Shown here piece by piece: positions 26,430 to 39,649 of a stretch of 64,000 bases of DNA. Within the stretch, counting starts at the first letter, position 1. Each line of letters starts with the position of its first letter. A program made the translations under genes and the position numbers. Source of the DNA: Octopus vulgaris (Eukaryota); NCBI GenBank assembly GCA_951406725.2, contig OX597820.1, positions 44,578,001-44,642,000 on the forward strand, written 5' to 3'. The notes under the pieces are model-generated. The model did no database searches, was not told the origin of the DNA, and saw only the letters and a list, made by a program, of their open reading frames with translations.

Positions 26430-27576
26430 TTAAACCAGTTGAAAACAGGAAGTTAGTACTGTACAACCAGTGGCAGCCTCAGGCAAGTATCAATAGAGAA
26501 AGGTAAAATTACATACAGTACATGTATTAATTCTATAAGATCTTTCTTGACTTGTTCCCCAAACCATTTTTGAGCTATAACAATTGAAGCATTGCAATTT
26601 TAACTTAATTGTGTTCTCATTTTGAGAATAGCCATAAACGTGCTTCCTTTCCTCAATCAGACAGTGCCATGTAAAAAAGCACCCAGTGTACTCTGTAAAG
26701 TGGTTGGCATTAGGAAGGGTACAGCCATAGAAACCATGCCAAAGCAAACAATAAAGGTTGGTGCAGTCTTCTAGCTTATCAGTTCCTGTTAAGCTGTCCA
26801 ACCTATGCCAGTTTGGAAAACTGGCATTAACTGATGAGTCTAGGTCATCAAGTAATTTAATAATTAGTATATGAAGTAAATTATGTATTACACCATATCT
26901 CTCTAACTAAAAAGCATAGTCTCTTCACTACTTCTATTGCTATTACAGCAGCTACTATCCCTTAGAGATGAGTGATATCTAGCTCCTTCCACTCTGGCCC
27001 ACCCAATTCAATCCTTTCTGCCTACCCCCATTAAGTTTCACACTAATTTCCATCAGTCCTTCCTCTCCAAAATAAATCCTCTGCCATTGTCACTCGGTCT
27101 ATGTTTTCTCTACAGTTTTAGAGGACTTGTGACAGCCATGTACAACAGTGTCTTCCTCCAGACAAAAACTATTAAAAAAAATAAATGCATATGAACTCTA
27201 TATTGTATAAAAAATTATTTCTATGTTTTTTGCTGGATACTTCTAAAGATAAAAATGAGCGTTTGCTGAAAGACCACATTCAATTTCAGTGCAGTGAAAA
27301 CAATACACTGTGTCAATTTTATCAATCAGTCAACATCCAGACTAAACTAAATAGTGATGAAGATTTGACAGAAAATCTTTTATGAACAGAAAATTATTTA
27401 CGAAACCAGGATATAAAACCAGGATATAAAAAAAAACTTAAAGCTTATCTCTTATATACAGCTTCCGGTAATCATGAGCCTTTACACTAACAAAAGGGTA
27501 CAAATTTGTAGAGGATAACTTTGAGAAAGAGGGAGAAACCTCTTCAAAACAAAACTCTGTAAGAAAACCAAAGTGA

Positions 27577-27850
27577 GGGCGCGTGGCTAAGTGGTTAGGG
27601 CATTCGGCTCATGATCGTAAGGTTGTGAGTTCGATTCCCGGCGACGCGTTGTGTCCTTGAGCAAGACACTTTATTTCACGTTGCTCCAGTCCACTCAGCT
27701 GGCAAAAATGAGTTGTACTTGTATTTCAAAGGGTCAGCCTTGTCACTCTCTGTGTCACGCTGATTATCCCCGAGAACTACGTTAAGGGTACCCGTGTCAG
27801 CCATTTGCACGTTAATTTCACAAGCAAGCTGTTCCGTTGATCGTATCAGC
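27577..27850 (+). mobile_element. tRNA-derived SINE (different head, 3' part shared with 46107)
   Basis: A/B boxes and TGTGTCCTTGAGCAAGACACTT core; tail ...CCCCGAGAACTACGTTAAGGGTAC shared with 46357-46380. Confidence 0.75.
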
Positions 27851-27859
27851 TGCACAAAG

Positions 27860-28610
27860 CTGGATGTTACGGTAGTGATTCAGAAAATCACTACTTTCAA
27901 AAACAAACATTGAAAAGTTTTTACAGTGGAGTAAAAACCTACAGAATTGGTCACTAGAGCAGTGGAAGAATGTTATTTTCTCGAATGAGTCATCCTTTAC
28001 CTTATTTCCAACCACCGGCTAAGTATACATGTGGAGACAACGAAAAGAAGCATTCGATCCAGACTGCCTTCTTTCAACTGCAAAACATGGAGAATCTGCG
28101 ATGATCTGATTGGGGGGGGGGGCTATATCTTGGAAATCCACTGGCCCAATAGTTTCTCTTCATGGCAGAATTAATATTTAAGCATTTTATCTGATCAAAT
28201 TCATCCTATGGTTGTGGAACTATTTCTGGGGGGAAATGCAATCTTTCAAGATGATAATGCACAAAATCACACAGTTCAAGTTGTTACTGAGTGGCACAAG
28301 GAACATTCTAGTGAAGTTGAAAATCTTGTCTCGCCACCACAGTCCCCAGATCTCAATATTATTGAACATTTATGGTGCATTTTAGAAAGACAAGTAAGGA
28401 GTCGATATCCTCCACCATCATCACTACAAGAACTGGGGGCTGTTTTAACTGAAGAATGGATAAAAATTCCTTTGGAAACAATTCAAACTATGTACGAGTC
28501 CACACCTCGTAGAAGTGAAGCTGTAATTACTGCCAAAGGCAGTCCTACCCCATATAAAAATAAATTTGTTTGAAATTTTTAGGCGTTTCCATTATTTTGT
28601 CCAACCCCTG
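27860..28610 (+). mobile_element. Tc1-like transposon 3' fragment
   Basis: ORF 28208-28573 with FQDDNA..H and PQSPDLNIIEHLW; 3' TIR ...TTTTGTCCAACCCCTG|TA. Confidence 0.88.
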
Positions 28611-28709
28611 TATATATAGTGCAAAGTTAGCCTTGATTAAACAAACTTATAAAGGCATCATTCCGGCACACATAGCAGAGACGTAAACGGACCCCTCCCC
28701 ACCTTAAGA

Positions 28710-29072
28710 TTTTTTTTTGTACGGAATCCCACGTTTTCGGCTATAGAGGTTCCAATTCTGAGTAAAAAAATTTTTTTAATCGCAACTTCAAAATTTCAGT
28801 CGCAGTTTTGTGTGGTTTGGCTGTTATTTCTAGCATGGGATAACCTGCTTGAAGGCTAAAGCCGTAGAATTAGGAGGGGAGGGGGTGAGGCAATTTTTTT
28901 TTTTTTTTGGAGAAATTGAAATTTTACAAACAATTTCCGAAATAAGTGAAAAATGAAGAAATGGGAAGATGGAGAGAGGGATTAAATTTTTGAAGTTGCA
29001 ATTTATGAAAAAAATTTTTTTCAGAATCGGAATCTCCATAGCCGAAAACGTGGGATTCTGTAAAAAAAAAAT
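28710..29072. mobile_element. MITE/foldback with ~85-bp imperfect inverted repeats
   Basis: gaatcccacgttttcggctat...caacttcaaaattt versus aaatttttgaagttg...atagccgaaaacgtgggattc. Confidence 0.7.
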
Positions 29073-30262
29073 TTTTTTTTTTAAAGTTCAGCTCTTAATT
29101 TAAACATTTTTATTTTCCATTTTTCTATCTCATTTATTCACTTTCGAGCAAATATTTATGGTTTGCTTAATGTAATAATAATATGTTTTCTCTACTAAAC
29201 ACACAATGTTTGTTGGGTTATTCTTTCGGTGGTATGTACCTATCTATAATAAGCAATTTCTCAAAACTCCCACTTCTAGAAAAAATACCTGATCTAAGAC
29301 TATATTTTCCAATTATGCTCTCCCTTTTTTAATAAGGTAGTTAAGTGTGGTTGCTTCGAATATTTCAGTATAATTGCAAGATTAAGCGACAGCAGGGAAG
29401 CTCCAACATATGATTTGTCACCATAGATAACAGGAATTTATCTATGAACTCTATAAATAAACAAATACGTAATAAACACATGCTTTTATGCGTGAATATT
29501 CCATCCGTGTTCTCAAACCTTAAGCTCTACTGTATACTTTAAGTGCACAAACAAAAAGGAGGAGCATTCAGAATTATAATTGAAAAATAGAGAACATAAA
29601 TTATTCAGCTCAGACATGAAGCTTGTGAGCTGAGAGAAATGTAATTTTTATTTCTGGGTGGCAGGAGGAGCGGTTTCACGTGATTTGTGAGAAATTTGGT
29701 TATTATTTTTAGGGGACCGAACGACAGGATGGATGAGATTCGTAAAAATTTTGGTTTGTTATTTCTAAGAACCCAAACAACCGACAAGAGCTCTCTGGCA
29801 TAAGTAACAACACTTTTACCTAAAACTTTAAACATTGAGCAATACCATTGTATCAGGATATATTAATGGAACTTTTCAGAATTATTAACAATCGTCGTCT
29901 AAACAGCAACAACCTTGATAAACAGATTTCAGTCCGTAATGAATCATGTGAGTGCATGTTAATTAAACACGAATATAAATAAATAAGTGCGTGTGTGTTG
30001 TAAGTATATGGTATGTATATACAATTTCAGTGTTTTTCATTTTCAGCTGAGAGATGTATGATTTTACATGAAACCGTCCGGAAACTTTGGTTCTTTATAT
30101 TATATTAACATTACACCCAGTCTATTTCTTTACCTTGGCAATCCTTCGGTATTAGACAATGACATTCACCCTCTTTTTCAGCCTAGTCCCTTTATCTAAG
30201 TATAATGAGGGCACGTTGACTGCAGATTTTTTCCTGACTTACTAGCTATCCTATGGATATAA

Positions 30263-30357
30263 CGGTTAATATAAAGCGTTACGCCTATCAGAAAATCACC
30301 TATTACACACATTTTTTGTTTTGATTTTCTGATAGGCGTAACGCTTTATATTAACCG
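30263..30357. repeat. Perfect 36-bp inverted repeat hairpin in protease intron 1
   Basis: CGGTTAATATAAAGCGTTACGCCTATCAGAAAATCA and its reverse complement, with a 23-nt loop. Confidence 0.9.
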
Positions 30358-31164
30358 ATATAACTATAGATATAATTTTGAATAAATTTATATAAATTGC
30401 TTATATAATATATACCAAGAAAAAGTATGAAGTCAAAAATATACATAAACAAATGAGTGATATACAAAAATAAAAGCCGCATAAAGATAATCCGCCTAAG
30501 AGGCAAAGAGTTTCCTCATATGTTCACGGCGTGATAGATATAGCAGCAAAATCTATCTCAAATCATACATTACCAGCTTGAAACAGAGAACACATATGAT
30601 ACTGTAATCTAAGATACAACTAAGTTGAGAAATTCACAAATGCAATATCTTTGACCATCGTTCTACTAAGATAAATTTGATCTTGGGCTAAACAACAAAG
30701 AACAACCACTTGGTTGTTTATTTTGATTTAACGCACACACTTATTATATACATATATACAAATCCACAAAAATCTGTCTAGTCATAAAGTAATTAACTGT
30801 TTAAGGATTATATAAAAATACATATAAAAAAAAAAGGATCGCAAGTGTTTATATTTACATATATAAGATAAACACGATCTGTAAATATTTAGACATGTAA
30901 TCAATACTGTGTATATAAAATAATGTGTTTACATGTCTATAAAGTTTTTGGTAGAAATCTATAAATATATTTTTGTAAAGCAATACACATACAGCTAAAC
31001 ATATGCACATATACTCACTACATAATACTTTTTAAAATCATAATATATGTTTGTTTTCTTTATCGAATACATGAGAGAATATAACTTAAATCTGTTATAA
31101 TTTCAAACCTGTATAAAAGAATAGATGCAGAGACATACGAAGAAGATTCCATAATTTTGCTTAC

Positions 31165-31204
31165 CAGATAGAGAGACAAGACACGGTAGGATACGAGATG
31201 TCAT
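31165..31204 (-). CDS. Cathepsin L-like 26/29-kDa proteinase, coding exon 1 (start of signal peptide, MTSRILPCLVSLS)
   Basis: ATG at 31204-31202, 13 codons + 1 nt, then GTAAG donor. Phase 1 joins exon 2 to give the signal peptide MTSRILPCLVSLSVLLSIVTA. Confidence 0.8.
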
Positions 31205-31208
31205 GATG

Positions 31209-31380
31209 CTACTTCATTTAGTAATAAACACATGAACAATTGGCGTACTTTTATATTCGACCTAAAAATCGGGCGAGCTTAGTCAGGTGACGGTGACGTT
31301 TAAGAGGGAGTTCCTCCCTCCAAATCGTTCAGCTGACCGAGCTCGTGATGCTGATCATATACGTGCGCACGCACACGAAA
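31209..31380 (-). promoter_or_regulatory. Putative 5'UTR/proximal promoter of the protease gene, with CLEAR-like E-boxes and a minimal uORF
   Basis: Locally CpG-rich patch upstream of the ATG. GTCAGGTGAC at 31282-31291, TCAGCTGAC at 31329-31337, and ATG-AAG-TAG at 31217-31209. Confidence 0.45.
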
Positions 31381-31446
31381 GCGATTACATACATACATAC
31401 ATACATATACATACATCTGTATATTTAAGTGTATATATACATATAA

Positions 31447-31477
<31 letters not shown>

Positions 31478-31478
31478 T

Positions 31479-31509
<31 letters not shown>

Positions 31510-31751
31510 ATGTATATATAGCTATATATATATATAATAAATCTATTACTTATTTCAGTCATTAGACTGCGGCCATACTGGGGCACTACCTTGAAGAATT
31601 TTTAGTCGAATGAATCCACTCCCTCGTACTTATCTTTCTTTAAGCCTAGTATTTATTCTATCGCTCGTTTTTATTGAGCCGCTAAGTTATGGAGACAAAG
31701 ACACACAAACACATATCTATTATATATGTGTATGCGTGTGTGTGTATACAC

Positions 31752-31789
<38 letters not shown>

Positions 31790-31888
31790 ATATGTATATA
31801 TATATATATATATAATAAATATTAGGTTTAAGTCTTTCTTTGTTTGATTTGCATAATAGTGGTTTTGTCTCTAATTTAATATAATATC

Positions 31889-31923
<35 letters not shown>

Positions 31924-32210
31924 TATATATGTACATATATATATACATATATATATATATATACATCAACATCATCATTTAACGTCCGCTTTCCATGCAA
32001 GCATGGGTTGGACGGTTTAACCAGGGTCTGGTAAGCTATGGAGGCTGCACTAGGCTCCAGTCTGATTTGGCAGTGTTTCTACAGCTTGATGCCCTTCCTA
32101 ACGCCAACCATTCCGTGAGTGTAGTGGGTGTTTTTTATGTGCCACCGGCACAGGCTGGCAAACAGCCACAATCGGTTGGTGCTTTTACATGTCACCGACA
32201 CGGATGCCAG

Positions 32211-32255
<45 letters not shown>

Positions 32256-32265
32256 CACATATGTC

Positions 32266-33527
32266 AAAGGTGGGTGTTGTTAATCAAAAAGTTTAATTCG
32301 TTAACCATTACTCATTAACCAAAAAGTTAACTTCTATAACCATTAATCAGTTAATTCTTTTTAAAATGTAACAGAAGTTATCAATAAACTGTTAACATTT
32401 ATTTTCATTGTAGTAAAAAACAAAAAATCAGTTTTTGCTCTAAACTGTCTAAAAACACATTTAAAAAGTGCCAAAACTATAAAATCAGCCATTTTAAGGG
32501 TTTTAGAACCCAATAACTACAGGTTTTTTTTTTTTTTTTTTTTTTTTTGCTTTAGAGTTAAAAAATGCTAATTTTATAGTTTTAACTTTTAAAAGATCTA
32601 AAAAAAGGCTGATTTCACAGTTTTGGCCCTTTTTTTAGATTTCTAAAGACTTTTAGCCAGAAAAGAGTTAAAAAAACTCAAATGAAACACAATATTAAAC
32701 TATAAAAGTTTATCGATAAAGTGGCCATAAAAAATAAAAATAGAAAAAAATAAAAACACGATTAATACATAATTTAATTTTTCCTCTTCTTCTCGTTCTC
32801 CATTTTGTTCATGAGATACATGTAGACCTTCATGAAATTTAGCACATCAAAGTTTTCATCAGACAGGAATGATCCCTTGGCCATCAAGATGTCCTTGCCC
32901 ATAGAGAACAAATGCCCCACTGCAGCACTGGAGAGGATGGCTGTGTTGAACTTGATGAACAAGTCCACCAACACCTGATCACCAAAGAAGGCATCATCTG
33001 TCAGCAAGTCTTTGGAGATGGTCTCCAACCAGGTCTTGACCAAATTCTGGGCCTTGTCTTTGAGTGACCTGTGGTTCCTGCTGCTCTGTTTTGGCTGGAT
33101 GACACCACTGAAGAAGTCATCCTCCCCCTCCTCTTCATTGTTGCTGCTCACTTCATCAGACTGCTGCTCTCCATGCTTTTCCTTACCTTGGTGACCTTTG
33201 TGTTGTCATACTTATCCAACGAGATAAGGCCAAACCTGGGGTGGAAGGCAGAAGCCAGCTGGCATTCCTCATCCTCCAGGAGAGTCATAAACCTTTTATC
33301 GATGCCTGCCATAAGTGCGTTGACTAAGGGGCTGCAGTAGATGAGGCCTTTGGACTTCAACTCCTTGAGCCTAAAGATCATTGCAGTAACTTGAGTTAAC
33401 AGAAGTTGATTCAATTGGACTTGGGTTAACAGAAGTTAATTAATCCGATAATGATTTCCAAAGTTAATGAAAATGTTAACTTCATAAATTAACAATTAAG
33501 AGATTAACAGAATGGTGCTCAGGTTTG
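32266..33527 (-). mobile_element. Degenerate hAT transposon remnant
   Basis: KFNTAILSSAAVGHLFS resembles the hAT dimerisation motif (NTxxxSSAxVERxFS); also ASAFHPRF. Clustered GTTAAC-type subterminal repeats at both ends. Confidence 0.75.
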
Positions 33528-33710
33528 ATATATATACATAGAAGTGGCTGTGTGGCAAGAAGCTTGCTTCCCAATATGGTTCCAGGTTCAGTTCCACTGT
33601 GTGACACCTTGGGCAAGTGTCTTTTAGGGTAGCCTCAAGCCAACCAAAGCCTTGTGAGTGGATTTGGTAGACAGAAACTGAATAAAGCCAATCATGTGTG
33701 TGTGCATATA

Positions 33711-33749
<39 letters not shown>

Positions 33750-33984
33750 GGGAATAAATCCAAACTTTCAGGGAAAAATTAGATTTAGGATTAAATCCAA
33801 TTTTACAGTATAAATATAAATTAAATTGGAGATAAAACCACTATTAGGCAAATCAAACAGTGAAAAACATAAACCAAAACATAGAAATAAAATTAATTAA
33901 TATAATATACAAAATATAAAATTCAAAATATAAATTATATAAATTTAAAGTTAAAAATTTAAAATTATTAATTTATATTTATAA

Positions 33985-34027
<43 letters not shown>

Positions 34028-34039
34028 ATTTATTAAATA

Positions 34040-34535
34040 CTAGCAGTATTGCCCGGCGTTGCTCAGGTTTGTAAGGGAAATAACTATATAAGCATTTTTA
34101 GAGAGTTACTTCCCTTATAGATGCCAATTCGGGCTTTCTTAGCCATATCTGTTTTGGTGTCTTCAAGCCATGAAGTCGTTGTTCTAAAAGAACGCTGGTC
34201 TCCTTGACAATGCTTTACACTCCCTTCCCCACAGCTTCGCGAGGGAGGGAAGAAGGGGGAGAAGCAAACAGGTGCAGGTGTGACCATGGACGCCAACTCC
34301 ACCGCCATCGACACACGAAAAAATATGCATTAAAATGGAATAAAAAATGATGTTAAATTATTTTTAAAATCGTAGACTCATCGTAGACGCGCGCTAATAC
34401 TCAGACGGGCTCAATATGAATCACGACTATAAGATACCCGAATTTGGTTAAACTGCACCGCAAAATGTGGGAGTAGTTAGGAATCTAAATCGAAGGGGAC
34501 AGACACTCACACAACTACAGTTTTATATATATAGA
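34040..34535 (-). mobile_element. Non-autonomous Helitron
   Basis: Same 3' terminus; shares about 60 bp with the 13178 copy, then the interior differs. Confidence 0.75.
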
Positions 34536-35903
34536 TATATAACTATCAAAAAGTATTCAAAAGTTTAATATAAGATAAAAAGTAAAACCACTATGATCGT
34601 TTCATGCCCATAACCTAATTTGAATAACAATAATTTAAATTCAATTAATAATTTTAATTATGGTTATAGTCAATCTTCAGGTTAATGATAATAGTTAAAT
34701 AAATAATCAAATATATTTAAACAATATTTTTTTAAGAAATAAATAAAATAATAATTTTTCTTATAAAAAACTCTGTTATCAAACTAGAAACTTTAACGAT
34801 TATGATTATGTCATGCAATCGATTATAATGTTAAATATTAATTTATAAATATTAATTTTTAAGGTAAGAATAGATAGAAAATATATTTATCTATTCAGAT
34901 ATAACATGGATTTTAAAAAAACATAATAAACCCACAAATAATCTAATCTCAGTTATAGTCAATATCTAATTTACCTAAATATTTAACAAAAAAAAAATTA
35001 TTTTTAATAAAAATTTATATATATATATAGATAGATATAGATATAGATATGTGTGTGTGTGTGTATGTATGTATGCATGTACAAAGTATGGGGGTTTAGT
35101 TCCCAGGTGATCTAAGCAATTAGGACTGTAGAATTACCATTACACTCATGCACACACTCATACACACACACTTACAGGCTTTGGTCAGTCTGGGGCTATA
35201 ATAGAAAATACTTGTGCAATACATGGGACTGAGCCTAAAACCACATGATTGGTAAGTGAACTTCTTAACCACACAGCACTAGCGTAGCTAGGGGTGGAGG
35301 CAGTAGGGGAGGTCCACCCTGGGTGGCATTTTTAAAATGGAGGCACTTTAGGTACAAATGGAAGGCATACACTCTAGCTACACTAGTGCCACACAGCCAT
35401 ATATATACATACATATATACAATAAGAGGCTTCCAAATAGGAAAGCGTTGTGCTAGAAAGAGCAGTAGAAATCTCAAAAACCATTAAAAAAATGATATAT
35501 TCTTGAAAGGAATGAAAATTAAAAATGTTTAATAATAATTTATTATTACCCTATGTATTACATACATACATATATATATATATATGTAAAATTAATTAAT
35601 TAATTAGTAATTAATAATTCCAAAAAGGACCATTTTCGGTAAACTTAAACATTACTTTTTATGATTATGAGTATAATTATAATTAGGGTTCAGCAAAAAG
35701 AATTTGCTTTGCCACATACTGAACTTTTAGAAATAGCAGCCAAAGAACTTAGCTATTTCTTCTACTATAAGAAGAATCTCCCAGACAACATATACTCAAA
35801 AACAATTCACATAGGCATAGAGGAAAAACAACAAAAATTCACTCAGCAATTTGATTATTTGCGGCCGCGTTTCTGAGTTAGATAGATATGGAAATGCAAG
35901 AAT

Positions 35904-35949
<46 letters not shown>

Positions 35950-36118
35950 TAAGAAGCTTGCTTCCCAACCACATGGTTCTGGGTTTAGTCCCACTGCGTG
36001 GCACCTTGGGCAAGTTTCTACTACTATAACCTCAAGCTGACCAAAGCCTTGCGAGTGAATTTGGTAGACAGAAACTGAAAGAGGCCCATCGTATTTATAT
36101 TTATGTATATATATGTGT

Positions 36119-36425
36119 GGAGGCGCAATGGCCCAGTGGTTAGGGCAGCAGACTCGCGGCTGTAGGACCACGGTTTCAATTCCCAGACTGGGCGTTGTGA
36201 GTGTTTATTGAGCGAAAACACCTAAAGCTCCACGAAGTTCCGGCAAGGGCTGGTGGCGATCCCTGCTGTACTCTTTTGCCACAACTTTCTCTCACTCTTT
36301 CTTCTGTTGGCCTGCTCACTTAGCCAGTGGGGTGGCGTCATTTGAAGGCTAAAACAATGCGAAGCGCATTGTGATCAGCGATGTGTAGCAACATCTGATA
36401 GCCTGGTTGGTTACGGTGATGGTGA
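36119..36425 (+). mobile_element. tRNA-derived SINE (same head as 46107, different tail)
   Basis: GGAGGCGCAATGGCCCAGTGGTTAGGGCAGC head. Confidence 0.8.
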
Positions 36426-36675
36426 TATATATATATGTATGTATGTATTTGTGTGTTTATGTTTGTTCCCCTACCATTGCTTGACAACCAATGTTGGAGT
36501 GTTTACATCCCCATAACTTACTGGTTTGGCAAAAGAGACTGATAGAATAAGTACTAAGCTTACAAAGAATAAGTCCCGGAGAAATACATTAAGTTTGAAA
36601 TTAGTGTTATGAACTAATAAGTGCAGATTATGTTATACATATTGTTCAGTAAATATAACAGTAATTGTTAATAGC

Positions 36676-36729
<54 letters not shown>

Positions 36730-36763
36730 ATGTATGTGTGTGTATATATATATATATATATAT

Positions 36764-37164
36764 AGTGGTTGTATACTGTCAACTTAACGTGACAGTAGGG
36801 GATTACACCACCGCTGTTTAGCCCTAGGAAGCATCGACGCTTCCTGTCGGCTTCGACACATTTCCTGTGTCCTTATATATTTACAAAGGGGAGACAAATA
36901 CCCCCAACAGCTAGGCCTGCATCTAGAGACATGCATGTTTCAGGGTCTTTGCCCATCATCGGTCTAGAGTAGCAGAAGCCTGCTAGCTGAAAATATCCGT
37001 CTCAACTTCGTAAATAGCTGTTGGGGGTATTTGTCTCCCCTTTGTAAATATATAAGGACACAGGAAATGTGTCGAAGCCGACAGGAAGCGTCGATGCTTC
37101 CTAGGGCTAAACAGCGGTGGTGTAATCCCCTACTGTCACGTTAAGTTGACAGTATACAACCACT
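36764..37164. repeat. Perfect 150-bp inverted repeat (36764-36913 / 37015-37164) with a 101-bp loop; Penelope-like element remnant
   Basis: Arms compared base by base with no mismatch; flanked by (TA)n. Confidence 0.92.
36922..36968 (-). ncRNA. Type I hammerhead ribozyme-like motif (variant core)
   Basis: UCUAGA-CCGAUGA-U-GGG caaaga CCC-U-GAAAC-augcau-GUC-UCUAGA. Confidence 0.65.
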
Positions 37165-37244
37165 CTATCGCTCCACCACCGTACATATTTCTATGAGATA
37201 TTTAGAAATTTAATATTTCTGATATATATATATATATATATTCT

Positions 37245-38090
37245 CCGCTGGATGTGTAATATATATGCTCCACTGGATGTGTTACGTCAGTGTGTATAAA
37301 CAACAGAGTGTAAGCACCCTGAAAGAAAAGTTGGATTTAAGAAGCATCAGATGTGGTGTGCAAGAGAGACACCTGTGCTGGTATGGTAATGTGTTGTGCA
37401 TGGATGAGGACAGCTGTGTGAAAAAGTATCACACCCTCTACAGGGTGTGACACTATATATATAGTAGAGGGAACCTATAGAAGAGGAAGACCTGGGATGA
37501 GGTGGTGATGCACAACCTTTGAACATTGAGCTTCACAGAAGCGATGACAAGTAACAGAGACCTTTGGAGATCTGCTCTGCTTGAAAAGACCCAGCAAGCC
37601 AAGTGAGATCGTAACTGAGGCCTATGCCAGTGCAGCATAACCAGCCCATTTAAGACTGCCCTTCAATCATTGGGCAATAAACTGCGCTTGTGAAGACCTG
37701 TTAAGGCAAGTGAAATCGTTGTCATGGCATGTAAAAAGCACCATTTGAGCGTGGTCGATGCCAGTATCGCTTGACCTGTCCCATGCTGGTGGCATGTTAA
37801 AAGCACTTTTCAAGCATGATCGTTGCTACTGCCGCCTGACTGGTTCCCATACTGGTGGCACGTAAAAAGCACCCTCCACACTCTCAGAGTGGTTGGTGTT
37901 AGGAAGGGCATCCAACTGTATAAACTTTACCAGATAAAACTGGATCCTGGTACAGCCTTCTGGCTTGCCAGCCCTCAGTCAAACCGCAAAACCAATGCCA
38001 GCATGGAAAACGGATGTTAAATAACGATGATGATGATAATGATGATGATGATGATGATGATGACGATGACGATGATGATGATGATGATGA
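37245..38090 (+). mobile_element. RTE LINE 3' end with (GAT)n tail
   Basis: MLHWMC..S...LCWYGNVL.MDEDS, then the UTR and (GAT)n tail. Confidence 0.8.
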
Positions 38091-39184
38091 TTCTCCTTTA
38101 CTCTTTTATCCTTTTACTTGTTTCAGTCATTTGACCACAGTCATAATGGAGCAACACCGTTTTAGTTGAACAAATCGACCCCAGGACTTATTTTTTTGTA
38201 AGCCTGGTACTTCTTCTATCAGTATCATTTGTCGAACTGCTAGGTTATGGGGGCATAAACACACCAGCAATGGTGGGGGGTAGGGACAAACACAGACAAA
38301 AAGACACACACACATAAATATATATACATACATACATACATACATACATGCATGCATACATACATACATACATACATACATACATACATACATACATACA
38401 TACATACATACGCCAGCCTCCGTGCCGGTGGCACGTAAAAAGCACCATCCGATCGTGGCCGTTTGCCAGCCTCGTCTGGCACGTAAAAAGCACCCACTAC
38501 ACTCATGGAGTGGTTGGCATTAGGAAGGGCATCCAGCCGTAGAAACATTACCAGATCAGACTGGGCCTGGTGCAGCCTTCTGGCTTCCCACATCCTAGTT
38601 GAACCATCCAACCCATGCCAGCATGGAAAGCGGATGCTAAACAATGATGATGATGATGATGATACATACATACATACATACATACATATTCAATGGGCTT
38701 TTTTCAGTTTCTGTCTACCAAATCCACTCACAAAGCTTTGGTCAGCCAAGGCTATAGCAGAAGACATTTGCCCAAGGGGCCCACAGAGTGGAACTGAACT
38801 GAGAACTATGTGGTTGGGAAGCAAGCTTCTTACCATATATATGTATTTGAAGAGAGAGAAGGAGAGAGAGAGAGAGAAACAGACAGACATATAGAGAGCT
38901 AGAGAAAGAAAGAAAAAAAGAACAAAAGGAAAGAGAGAGTGGGGTAAATGATTAAAGGTTATTTAAATTGCTGTTAAAAACAGACTATTTTTTTTACCCT
39001 AAATAAGTGCAATTATGTTGAATGATAATATTTTTCCTGAATTTTCAGAAGGCATGTCTTTTATTTGTGTTCTTTTGTTTTTTGCTTTTCTCTTTGTTGG
39101 GTGGAGTTGCACTAATATCTAATTACTACATATGTACTAAATACTCTTGAGTAAAGTGAGCTTGCAGAATTTACAATAGAGTGT

Positions 39185-39480
39185 TAATTAGTTAGTTAGT
39201 TAGTTAATTTTTTGGCTCAAAAAGCAAAAAGCAAGGCCATGTAGGGGGACATGGAGTTATGTACAGGGTGGTGTTCATGTAAAGAGTTCAGGCCACTTGT
39301 GGTCAAGGGAGACTTTGAACCGAGCGGTCGTTGGCATCTTCACCATCTCGTCCGGCAGCTTATTCCACGGATCCGCAACCCGGACGGAGAAAGCCCCTCT
39401 CCTTCGATTGAGATGAAATCGTTGCAGATAGAGCTTTTCGGAATGACCCCGCAGCCGACGCTGTGGTTTAGAGTGTTTAG
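39185..39480 (-). mobile_element. CR1/L2 LINE 3' end with (TAAC)n tail
   Basis: RGHSEKL...RRGAFSVRVADPWNKLP motif and gttagttagttag tail. Confidence 0.8.
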
Positions 39481-39649
39481 CATTGCAATATTTCAATGAT
39501 TCTCTCAAGATACTGAGTTGAAATGTAACTGGGTTTCACTATACCTACTTTATTTACATCCAATGAATATCCTCTTTGTTTTGATTCAAAATGATTTTTT
39601 GAGCTGCTTGCCAGCGGTTTGTTGGTGAGTGTTCTACTAGTGGAAAAGA

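Noticed and set aside
27577-27645. Functional tRNA genes at SINE heads (also 36119, 46107)
   Set aside because: Acceptor stems do not close and the sequence continues into SINE bodies.
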